A stretch of 64,000 nucleotides of DNA from contig CM068748.1 of the NCBI GenBank assembly GCA_035084275.1, forward strand, positions 11,160,001-11,224,000, written 5' to 3'. Within the stretch, counting starts at the first letter, position 1. Each line of letters begins with the position of its first letter. The notes below the pieces were generated by a model. The model saw only the letters and a program-made list of their open reading frames with translations, searched no databases and was not told the origin of the DNA. This document shows positions 37,891 through 50,075 of this stretch, piece by piece. A program made the translations under genes and the position numbers. This stretch comes from Hydrolagus colliei. Taxonomy: Eukaryota.

Positions 37891-39888
37891 CAACAACAAA
37901 TTACACTAGTATAGCACCTTTCACGTTGGAAACTTTAACACAACCTTATATTTGTTCCACCATGCTACTGAAAACTTTGATCTATGGATTACTTACAGAG
38001 TGCTTTGTTGTTGCTCAGGAACTGACTATCAATGATTCTGTTAGATTTCAGCCGCTGGGGGGCAGCCTTACCCGAAACCAGTAGTGAATTCTATTTCTCA
38101 GGCCAATTTCATAGTTATTTGTTAGCAGCAAATACTTCAAAATAAATCAATTTTATAAATATTACAAAATGAAAGCTATTTTACTTTAAATGAGCTTGAT
38201 CCTGTTGACTCTGCAAAATGAATGACCACAAAGTAAAATAAATGATCAAGTGTGTTTTTTTTAGTTTTGCTGAAGGCAAAACTCAAACTGAGTTTTGAGG
38301 CTGGGAAACAGGGAAACAATACAGGACATGCTTTGTTTATCAGCTATCCTTGCTCCATATATTACATGAACATGTGTGCCACTTTGATTGGAAGATGTAA
38401 ACCATTTAGAAGATCAATACATTGCATTTGACTTATGAACCCATTTTGCAACTCCATTTATCTGCAAATCAATACAAAGATTTTTTTCTCTCTCTACAAT
38501 CAGTTCCCCTGTCACATAAACAACTTACCCAATTTATAGCATGAATTTCCTGAAGCTTACAAAGAGATGCACACAAATGATTCAGTGCCAAATGGAAATA
38601 AATGCTTGCCTCAATGTGCACTGAAATAAGGTCAATAAGTTCAGTGCCTTGGGATGTCCTCCCGACATGAAAGGCACTCTACAAATGTAATTTTGCTGTT
38701 TGTTGTTGTATTGTATATGTAGATCTTACACAATATCCGAGGCGAGTGTTATCAGAATTGACAATGGCAGTGGCTGGATAATTTCTATCTAAATACTGTA
38801 GTGCCATCCCTTTGCTAATGCAGCATAGGCTAAGATGTCCAATGACTATATAAACGGACACTTATAATTATATGCAGTCAGCTAGTCTTTTTTCAACAAC
38901 AATATTAACAAGATTATTTGATGGTCAATATCAATTGTTTTTTTCCAGGATATCTTGGATGAGCAGTGTGTTGGTGGTCCACTGAGCATGGAATGCCAGC
39001 ATGCAGGTCTGTGCCAGAATTCTCTCACAGTGGGAGCTTTCTCATTCCTACTCATGGCATCATGAGCAGCAGTCAAGTCAAATCTAACAGTTCTCCATGT
39101 TGAAGGACACAAAAAGGAGCTCTGGGACTGAAACAGTGCATTCAACTCAAAGTCAAAAGAACAAACTACAAGAGAAGAGACAACAGAAAGGAATTACAGA
39201 TTGTATTAAAACATAAAGACTTCTCAGTCAAAAATAATCAGATAATTTAAAGTAAAATGCCTTTCATTCTGTAATATTTATGTAATTTATTTATTTTGAA
39301 ACATAAAATACCACAAGGGAACATTGTGTAGTAAAACTTCCTGATGGCATTATCCCATATCCCACTCATAGGAGACTCCCTGGAGCTTTTTTTAAAAAAA
39401 GAAAACAAAGGGGAAAGATTGGTTTCCATGAACGATAGTTGTGAAGAGGGAAACTAGTGTTTAAGATTCTGTTCCAGCAGGCCTGTCCTCCAGTTGGCAA
39501 ACAGAGAGCTGTGAATGCTGCGGGCTTCTGTCTATAGCAGGTTTTCCTTGCCCTGAGATGAATGGTCTGTGAGGGAAGAACTTAAAAGAGAGTAACATAA
39601 GAGTGAAAAAAAATCTAGGAAATGATGCAATGCAAAGAAACTTTCAAATTTCTATCAGTATCGATTGGAGCATATTTGTAGCATATTGGTTAGAGCACTC
39701 ATCTCACAAGCAAGAGACCTGGATTTGATTCCCGGGTTAGGAAAATTTCCTTACTCTATGTGACTCTGTTTATCTAGCAGGGAGTAGGAACTTGGTCAAT
39801 TTGCAGATCGCTTTTTCCGGGGGTAATAATCCCTTAAAAATATGATAATAATTTGGTCACCTAATCTATGACTGTTTGTAGGATACTG

Positions 39889-40959
39889 TAGGGAACGGCG
39901 ATATGGGAATTTTCCGGATATGGATATATCGGTTGGCTCATATCGAGATATACCGAAATACCGATATTTTCAGTTTTTCGTACTGAGCATGCACGCGCGC
40001 GCGCATCGGAGTGCGCGCGCATTCCGGGTGCGCGCGCATTCCGGGTGCGCGCGCATTCAGGGCGCACGCACCCGCCACCCCCGTCATCTCTCTCCCCCAC
40101 CACCCCCCAATGCCGTCTCTTTCTCCCTCCCCCCCCCCCCGCCGTCTCTCTCTCCCTCCCCCACCAGCTGTCTCTCTCCCCCTCACCCCAGCCGTCTCTC
40201 TCCCCCTCTCCTCCCCCCCCCCAGCCGTCTCTCTCCCCCTCTCCCCACCCCCCAGCCGTCTCTCTCCCCCTCTTCCCCCACCCAGCCATCTCTCTCCCCC
40301 TCTCCTTCCCCCCCCCCCAGCCGTCTCTCTCCCCCTCTCCCCCCCCCAGCCGTCTCTCTCCCCCTCTCCCCCCCCCAGCCGTCTCTCTCCCCCTCTCCCC
40401 CCCCCCAGCCGTCTCTCTCCCCTCTCCCCCCCCCCAGCCGTCTATCACCCCCTCCCCCCAGCCGTCTCTCTCCCCCTCTCCTCCTCCCCCCAGCTGTCTC
40501 TCTCCCCCTCACCCCAGCCGTCTCTCACCCTCTCCTCCCCCCCCAAGCCGTCTCTCTCCCCCTCTCCCCCCCCCAGCCGTCTATCTCCCCCTCTCCCCAG
40601 CCGTCTCTCTCCCCCTCACCCCCCCCCCAGCCGTCTCTCTCCCCCTCACCCCCCCCCCCAGCAGTCTCTCTCCCCCTCACCCCCCCCACCCACAGCCGTC
40701 TCTCTCCCCCCACCCCTTGCATACCTGTATATTGTATTCGAGGACTATGAATACAAGATGGCGGCTTTGAACCTCGGTCTGTGCATTGTGTATAGAGATG
40801 AGCATTCTGGGTCTTGTAGTTGATTGTGCTCGCATCCCGATTTTTTACCTCGATATATCGTTTTTCAATATATCGGTATTTTTAAAATGTCTATATCGGC
40901 ATATCGATATGAAAATCATATCGGGTTTTAGCGATATACCGATATATCGCCGTTCCCTA
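39889..40959. mobile_element. Non-autonomous hAT DNA transposon (1071 bp) inserted in a SINE
   Basis: Perfect 16-bp TIRs TAGGGAACGGCGATAT / ATATCGCCGTTCCCTA. Perfect 8-bp TSD GGATACTG (39881-39888 and 40960-40967). Subterminal CGATAT/ATATCG repeats; no transposase ORF. Confidence 0.92.
40080..40715 (+). repeat. C-rich minisatellite (CAGCCGTCTCTCTCCCCCTC.., ~25-32 bp units) inside the hAT element
   Basis: About 20 tandem imperfect copies visible directly. Confidence 0.9.
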
Positions 40960-43900
40960 GGATACTGCTGTGCGTAATTGGTTGCTGTGCTTCACCCACA
41001 AAATATTTAGGAAACTCATTTTACAATATATTCAGTGAAGCGCTTTGAGACATCTGGAAGACATGATAAGGCGATATATCAAAAGCAAGGATTATTTGCT
41101 GTAGGATATTGCAGAGCGGAAAGATTAATTGCTTCAAAAGAAAATGAAGCTGTGTGTACCTTGGGATCAGCTGCAAAAATAAGCCAAGCGAGGGGTAATG
41201 GGAAATAACAGCTCTGAGAAGGCAGATTCACCATTCATATTGGTCTATTACAACACAATATTTACTTTAAGTGCTTTCTGTTACACTTTGAAGCAATGCG
41301 ACTGAGAAAAATAAATTGTCCCCACCCAACCCACCATAATCTTTTTTAAAAATCTCCTTCTGTACAGTCTAATATTCAACCCAACACAATCACTTTCACC
41401 TGAGAAAAATAAGTTGGGTCAAAAATACTCTGGCTTAGTGCTGGTATTTGTCTTGCAATTGGCAGTGATCCACTTGCACCATTGAGCCTGCCAAAAATAA
41501 ATGTGCCCCATATGACTGTGATCAAAGACAGTAAAGAGGTGAAATCCTAACACTTCAGCCTGTTAAAAGGTGCACAGTTACACACAAGAAATAGTCCAAA
41601 GTGAAAGTGGAGAAGAATAAAGAAAGCATGACTGAAGTTTATACACAAAGAGAATACCTAATTAAAGGCATCCAATCCTGGCCAGACTGGGATGTTTAAA
41701 AGGAAGAAATGAAACCAAAGATTATTGGCGATTAGCAATCTTTTTGGAAAAAAGTGCATCTGAATGAAATTGAAATGTATGAGGATTTAAAACCCCCCAC
41801 AAATCTTAAAGAAAATAAGCCCTGGCATGTTTATCATTTCAGACATTAATCAAGATTTAGATTGCTTCTTGTTTTAAGGAGTAACACAATCTGTATTAAA
41901 CATTGAAAATCCAATCCTATTGTTGCACATATGTTGGTGACAATATTGTCAGCAATGGAATTATGTATTTGTCTAATAAACTTCCCTAATCATATTCTAA
42001 ATGGCACCAGTCAGAATGCAGAAATATGAAATGTATTCTGGTCTGGTAACTTCATTTGCTTTCAGTTTTGGCTTTAGCCCCATTCCCTATGCTCGTCCTT
42101 AATTACAGTATATTTCCTCTTCCTCTGAAGATTTTTTTCAGTTTTTGTGCCTTCTGGATTAATGTTGTTGAGCACTCTTGGTTGCCTTGCCCAAGTGACC
42201 ATAACTTATGTATGAGAGTCTGCAGGATATTCAATCACAGGGAACATTACATTACAGTCCAACCCTGTTCTCTCCACCAATGAAGATAACTCAGTCAATT
42301 AAGCCAATTGTAGCACTACAGTTGTTGCCTTGTCTGAAATCAGCTAACTCAGCAGACTGGGATTTACAATTTTAAGCACTTAGCACTTTGAGATGTTTTG
42401 ATGGAATATCCTGCTATAAAAATGCAACATTTTTCTTTTTAATGTATTGGGCATCAGAGGGTTGACATTGGTTATTTTTAATAGTGCTCAAAAGGACAGA
42501 GTACCACATATCTTAAACAGAAGAAGGAGGATTAAACTAAAAGAACAGAGTGTAGTCCCAAAGCTCTTCATTTATAAAAACAGAGGTTTAGTATTTATGA
42601 GTAGTCTTTCTGCAAGGCAGCGAGCAGAGAAATGCTGCATAATTAATGCCTTACCAAGATATATCACTGGTTTATGCATACTATAAAACAATTATTTTGG
42701 AGTAGTATAATTGTTATATTCAGTGGATTCTATTTGTAAACGCAGCAAAGAATTTTGTCTTGAAGCTGTATATTTAAATAAGGTAGGCAGTACAATTCCT
42801 TTGTAAGGATAGTTGGAACACTCTGAACTCTTTTTTTGTAATCTCAAGTGTGTTAATTTCATCACTTGAAGAGCTCAGCAGTTGTGCCTTCAGGCTGAAT
42901 AAAATTTGCTCTGTGTTTGCTTGATGTGTCATATGGATGTTGCTAATTCTAGATACAAAGCATGAATATCTTTCAGAAACGAGTATTTTTATCATCTGTT
43001 CCACCTGATCCCTTAACTTTCTTGGACCACTGTTCATAACAGTGTCATTAAATCAATATGAAATGTGTTTATATTGGTACCATTTGGATGAGTAAAGGCT
43101 TTTCAGAGCAAAGGTTCTGGCTAAACATTACAGCCAGTACACGGTCAGATGAGAGGAAATAAGAGTTCCTACATCTGACCTCAATCCAAAATTTTTTTTT
43201 ACATTACAGAACATTTTGACCTAGTCTGTTCTTAATCCAAAATAATTCTATGAGAAGAGGTGGTTATATAATGAATGGAAGGATTTAGGCCATCTGATAT
43301 GTAAATATTTTGGGACAAATGTTCTGTAATTGGTCTCCAGTGAGGATGCTCAGGGGCTATTTAAGATCTCACTTATCTCCGAATATTTCCACATCAAAGG
43401 AGTTACAATAACTTGAATATGCAAAACATACCTCTTCATTTCCCTCTGATTTGGGCATAGGCTGCTTCCTTGCCACTGAGGAGAGGGATAATGCTGCCAC
43501 TTTGGTTAGCAGCACTGAATGTTGCTTTCACCACATGTATGCCTGCATACATCAGTGAGAATAGACACTTTTCTGATACAGTATTTTGTTGTATTTTGTC
43601 AAGTGAGTAGGTTGTGTCACTCCTTAAATCATTTGGAATCCCTTTTCAAATAGTGCAATGGGATCTTTAACATCCACCAAAACAGACAGACAGGTTCTCA
43701 GTTTAACATTTCATTCAAAGCTTGGAAACAAGGAAATGACAATTCTACAGTGGATTATTCTCAGAACCATCTGTTATTTTTCTATGGGAATATTGGGTGA
43801 TCGGAACTATTTATTCTTGTTATTTCACATTTCAGTGACTAAGATCAGATAACTCGGCAGAAATTGAATTGAACACATTTTGCAGCGACTTGAAATTGGT

Positions 43901-46900
43901 TGAAAATGCATCTTTAAAAGAGACTCAGTGGTTCAATTTGGTATGAATATTATCCAGCCCAAATTGGTCCAGATATCAGCAACCTAACTGCTGTGAGCCT
44001 GACTTGAACTGACATTAGTCAGTATTAAGCAAGTCGATAACAGACTTGACACTATAATGCACAACTGTCAACCAAAGATAGCAAGCTGGATTATTGCTCA
44101 AAGAGTTCAGTCAATGTTGCTCTGAAGCAACAACTCTGAAGTGTGTGTGACTTGCCTCGGGTGAGTCTCTCTATGGGGAAGTGCTTGGATTCCACTTGCT
44201 GTGCCTCCCATGGTATCACAACTAAAATTAGCAACCAAGAATTTAGATGGTTATAGGCATGAACCCATAATGAAAAATGACAAATCCTATTGAATCAGAA
44301 TTTAAGAGAACTTGTGTCCAGTTTTTTTTGTATTAAGTACAACCCTCGCCACACAAAAAGAAAACAATATTTTTGTGATTTGCTGCGTACTCTTCTGTCA
44401 TGAAACCTTGAACAGCGGACAATATAATTTTTTTCTTCATGTTCATAAAATTAATACCACCTTCAGGAAATGTGTTCTTAATTGTAAAATGAAATAAAAA
44501 TATGTGGACTCTGGTGCACTTTGCTGTTGGTGCCGTTGCAGCTGTCAGCTTTGAGCACAGTACAGCTCTTACAATCAGAAACAGTTGCCATTCAGGCCGG
44601 CTCCAGTAACTGAACATTAAGAATCCATCGACATTACCTGTAGTAGGTATATTGCTTCCATGGTGAGGGCAGTTATAAAGATTCAGCCTTTGAGTGAAGT
44701 GAAATCTGCAGTGAATTTGTTGAATAGATTGTACTTTTACTTTTAGTCTTTCATTTTAGACAATATTTTATCTCCTTTCTATGACAGTGAATGGGGACAT
44801 ATACTGCTCTGCACTTATCTGAAAACCTTTTAGAGATACAAATGGATAACCAAAGTAAATGAGTACACGGAGAGATCTATATTAGATTAAAGGGGAATGG
44901 CCTGGAACTTCTACTTCCAAATATTCCGTATTGCAATTTCTTGGAGGGTCTCAGCATCTATTGTATAGATTCAAAATTCAGGTTTGGGGGAAGGTAATCA
45001 TTATTGTGCTACTTGATGACAAGGCACGTCCCTTCCATGGGATCAGTAGAAATCTTAAAATATGAAATGTGTCAAATTTGTAGGTTGAAATACGATGTGA
45101 TGTACATTGGAACTTGCTTTTAACAAACACTCTGTCACATAGATACAGCTATTCAGTGTACAGCACTCCAGTATGAGTATACAGTACCACTTTAAAAAGC
45201 TTTATTACCTTTATCTAGGTTCCGAATCATTGAGAAGCAAACTAGATCATACAAATAGAATATGCAAATACTTTACAGCAAAGGCCGTTCTACTCAAGGG
45301 CACCGTCACCAGATCAAATCGTATTGGTGTAGCTTACAATAGTGTAACTGCACTGAAGAATATTGTATAATTTATAAGCAGCAATCACAATGCACAGTAA
45401 CACATGGATTTCTTTTTAACAGTTTCCCTTCCTGAAACAGGCGTTTGCAGACTTTCAGATTTACATGTTGGTTGAGAATGATTTCTGGCAGAAACTCTTA
45501 AGACATGGTACTTAGGAAGTTGTATTTCTCTCTGTGTGGTTATCAGTGGTGTGTTGTTGAGGGAGCTGTATACACAGGAAGCTTTATTATCCCTGTGCAG
45601 TTAGCACAAGTAGCTATGCGGTTTCTCATTGAAGTACAAGCAACGCGTTTTGTATGACTGTAATTCTTCTTCTGTTAACAATGTACTACTTAATGCCAAA
45701 TTTGATATACAGGTAATTCGATTTTAACTAACAATCTATTTCTGTATATGCATTCCAAAACATTTCTGTAGTGTGCCTCAGCTTACTGGCATCTTCTCAC
45801 TCCTTGGCAAGCTGAGGTCCAGAGGTGAGATTCAGTTACTGCAGTATAAAGAGCATTTTTTTTCTCTGTGTTTTTCAGATGCTTTGAGCTTACTGGGAAA
45901 ATAGCTACCGGTATTATGATTCAGTTTTTCAATCTTACTTTGTGAAGCTGAGATTCCAACAAACTATAATGTTGTTGACATTGTTGTTGAAGTGACCAAA
46001 ATGAGTGTGTTTTATCGGGGATACAATGCCCTCATACTACAATTATAATTATGCCTTCTTTAAGACACGTTACATATGTGAATTTAAACTCAGACGCTGG
46101 TATTTTTGCTCTGCAAACACTGGGCTTTGTGCACAGTTGCTTGTATCTCTAAACTGCTTGCACAGCCTTGCCTGATAGTAGAAACCATTTCCATTTCAAA
46201 TGTCTTTTTGTAGGGGTTGGGTGGTGAAAATACAAGTTGTATAGATAAACAATTACTATTTCTGGTTATACCTGCAAACCAGTGAATAAATGAAAGTAGA
46301 TTTAATACCCTTTATCTCCCCTCTAGTGTCCTTGCTGATGTGTTTGCTGCATTTTAGACATTGAGGCACTATACAAATGCAATTATGTTGTTGTTGTTGA
46401 AGGGAACTAGAAGAAAAGAAACAAGCCGAAGCAGAGACTCAATTTGCAGTCCTATTTGGGTTGGTTAAAATCTGTTATGTTCGCAAGGTTAAAGCTGCAG
46501 TTGACATGTGCCATTCAGCTCAGCTTTTCATAGTATAGTTTCAGAAAGCTTTTGTCTTAAGATACTGGTGGCTTTACTGACTTTCAGTAAAGTTCAAGCT
46601 TGTTTAGAACTGATATGACTTTTGTCTGAAGATCTCAAAGCAGACCCTCAGCTGTAAAGTATCTTATTACATTACACTCATCCTGCCCGGCTCTGTAACT
46701 GTCCAGCTGGGCCTCTATGTCAAGCTAATGATGACCTGATGTATAGGGCATCATATAACTGGACAAGATCTGTAACCATACGTTCCTCTTTTGCATGAAA
46801 GAACAAATCACATCATATAATTGGGCCTTTGGACAACTGGGAACCAACTGCTCTATTTTATCAAAACATTGCTAACTGATATTACCATATTTACTCCAAG

Positions 46901-49084
46901 ATAAGGCACGCATTTTTCATTGTAAAAAAAGTACCTCCGAAATTTGGGTGTGTCTTTGAGTAATTGTTGCTCATTCTGCAGATCTGGCACATATTGTTCA
47001 ATTTAATAAAAGGCTTGCCCTGTTCCTCCTTTACTCGTCAGCAAAGGGGATTCACATTTGGATCCCTGTTGCACACTTTATTTCCTACAACAGCTCAATT
47101 TTCCAAATTCTGCACGCATATAGTTATTTAAGTTAATGCTCCGCATACACGCATTCACCTATATCAGGCAATGAAATAAAACCACAGTGATTCAAATCAC
47201 ATGGCTCAGTAGTGTTTGGATCACTTCACACAATTGATTGTGGGAGTTGAGCTTTTGTCAAAATCTGGGATGATCCCTGCTGCCAGCAAACAAATTACTG
47301 AAAGTGAATCAAACATTCCCCCAAGAGATCCTTGTACATAAATGAAGACATGCAAGCTGGAGCGTTTGTCGAGGGCAGAACGCTCTTTGGGTGGTGGAGA
47401 TGATGCAGATAATAATACTGATAATGTAGAATCTTGCTCTTTCAAGTTATGCCATGTTACATTAGTGCAGTATTTATAGGAACGTAGCAACAGGCACAGC
47501 CATTTAGTCCCTCGATCCTGTTCTACCATTCTAATTGTTCATGGCTGATCTAATAGAATAACCTATAATGTTCTCTGTATTGCATACATTATAGGCTGAC
47601 TTTGTTATTTTCCAAATGTCTTATTAACTGTACATTTTCACTCAAATATTGTACAGTTTGTTGTACCTCAGTAAGGATGTCATAGTATTTGTATATCCAC
47701 TGTGCTAGACATCCTTGAAGTATTTGGGGCAGGGTATTAAACTGCAGTATAATAATCCTTGCATTTGATATAGCACTTTCCACGTCTTCTAGATGTCTCA
47801 AAGTGCTTCACAGGTAATGTAGAGTGAATTGACTGAATTATTTTTGTGGGCAAAAAAAATGTATATGCACCGACAGAGAAAATCAATTTGTCTTGCTCAA
47901 AAATAGTATTTTAAAAACTCTCAAATGATAGAATATCTAAGAATCTGCAATTTTAATGCTTCATGTGACTGAGTTGTGTCGCTTGGAGATGGAGAGTGAA
48001 AGAGAAATATTGTGTTTTGATCTAGATTGTTGCGCTGCCGAAAGAAATGTCACATTAAATAACGTATAAAGACTCATAGATTTGAACTCTTGGATCACCT
48101 TTTAGGAATAATATGACTGCAATGCTGTTCTTCCTGTGATCTGAATGACGAATTTTCATTCTGGTCAAGGCTTTGTATCATTTATTATAACCGTGTCTAT
48201 AATCTGTCCTGCTCCACCCCCTGCTGGTTGAAAGTAGAACTCAATCTTCCCAGGGCTATGTTTTTTGACGTAGGTGTATATGCTTACTAATCACCGCATA
48301 AAATGTAATTTAAAGGCTGAATCCTTGCAGAGAATAAAAAGCATCTTAAAGTAACAATTTTTATTTCTATTTACTTTTGAGATTTATCTTTCCGATTGTA
48401 CGTTCTATCACTTCCCTCCACACCAGCCCACCTCTCCCCACTGTAAAACTAGAGCTCCCAGTCGCTGTACGAAACGATTCATAAATGTAAATTCTAACTG
48501 CAATTTTGTGTTTCACACTAACTGGGAAAGTTAGCATCACTCAAGAATCCTTGACTTTTTATTGCCTCCCCAGAGGATCTCTGCAAGTTGATCAATTTCT
48601 ACAAATCTGATTGGAGGAGCAGATGGGAAAATGGTTCCAAAGTGCATCTATCCAAGATCTGCCCTAAGTATGTATGTATCAACGCCTTGGGACATTCTCT
48701 TGATGTGAAAGGCTTTCCTGCGGTCGCATGGTTCTGAATTTGGTTCTGTGCAACAGACACCAGTTAAACTAATGAACTGCGATGAACTGTACAGTATCAT
48801 ATAGTCCAAGAGGACTCATCAAATTTACAACCCATCAAGCTTAAGATAGTGCTGGTCCATGTACTGGAACCAAGTTCCCTGGACCTTTTTATATTCTTTC
48901 AGAGTGCCATTAGAGCAACACAGCAACTCAGAAAAAAATCTAAGTAGAAATAAAATCTAGGCTTCCTCACTACATGTAAAAGGATACTTTTTCTACCAGA
49001 GCTGGGGGAATACATAGATCAGAAAATATTCTTTCTGAAAGTATTATTGTTTTTTTTTACAACATTTTATGTGCATTAAGACGT

Positions 49085-49405
49085 GCATCCTCACCCGACT
49101 TCACTGGCTTCCCATCACACAAGGGATACAGATCAAGATCCTTTAAAGCACTTCATGGCCTTGCTCCCACAATCTGGAATCCCATCCTGCAGCCCCTCTG
49201 CCTCACCCCCTCCCTAGCCTCCTTCACAACCAGTCTCAAGACCTTCCTCTTCAACCATGCCTTGGGTCTCACTCTTTCCCCCCCATCCGCCCTCCACCCT
49301 CCCCAATCCCGATCCCCCAGCTCAGATTTGAAACATTTATTGGCCAGAGCCTAGGAAAGTACTCCCGATGTGAAAGTCACTGTACAAATGTAATTATGTT
49401 GTTAT
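49085..49405 (+). mobile_element. L2 LINE 3' end
   Basis: CTTCACTGGCTTCCC (LHWLP), TCTGGAATCCC, CTCAAGACCTTCCTCTTCAACCATGCC, GATGTGAAAG..TACAAATGTAA tail. Confidence 0.75.
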
Positions 49406-49794
49406 ATTTTGAAATTGACCTAACATTTCAAGACTCTCCTAAATATTTGCAGTATCTGCTTCTTCTGAATTGAAGGCAAGCCTTCCCTTACAAGGAATTT
49501 AGTTTTTACTTGTGTGAAATTTGACTGGGATAGTCCTGGATTAATTACAAAATCCCTTGTAAGGCAATTATCCAAATGGGAATGGTGTATCCTCTTAGGC
49601 AATGTTCTTTAGGACATTTAATTTTGAGGTAATAAAACATTATTAATTCCAGAAGACATGAGCAAATGAGCAAAAAAAGTCTCATTGTTTCCGCCTCATT
49701 GACATGGAACGGTGATAAATGGATATGGTTTGGTTACAAATTGTAACTTATTCTTGCAGCAGTAGTTTAATGTTCAGTTATTCCATAAGTGTAT

Positions 49795-50075
49795 TGTAGC
49801 TCAGTGGTTTATCACACTTGCCTTGCAAGCGAAAGGCCTGGGTTTGATTCCCGGCAGCGTGAAACCTTGGGCAAGTTGCCTTACTCCACACGCCCCATAA
49901 TAATCCCTCAAGAAAAAAAACAATAGTAAAATTGATCATTTCTATCCATGACTGTTTGTGGGACACTGCCAAGTTTTGCCCACACATATACAGTCAATTT
50001 ACAACATATTCGGTAAAGCGCTTTGAGATGTCTAGAAGATGTGAAAGCGCTATATCAAATGCAAGGATTATTATA
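49795..50075 (+). mobile_element. tRNA-derived SINE (family A)
   Basis: TAGCTCAGTGG...GGTTTGATTCCC head; same body; tail GCGCTATATCAAATGCAAGGATTATTAT. Confidence 0.85.

Larger units (their letters stand above)
39667..41096 (+). mobile_element. Family A SINE split by the hAT insertion (39667-39888 and 40960-41096)
   Basis: Head TAGCATATTGGTTAGAGCACTC...GATTTGATTCCC. The body resumes exactly after the TSD (ggatactg|ctgtgcgtaattggttgc) and ends GCAAGGATTATT. Confidence 0.85.

Noticed and set aside
39861-40823. 195-276 aa ORFs inside the hAT element
   Set aside because: Translations of the minisatellite; no BED finger, DDE or hAT dimerisation motifs, so not a transposase.
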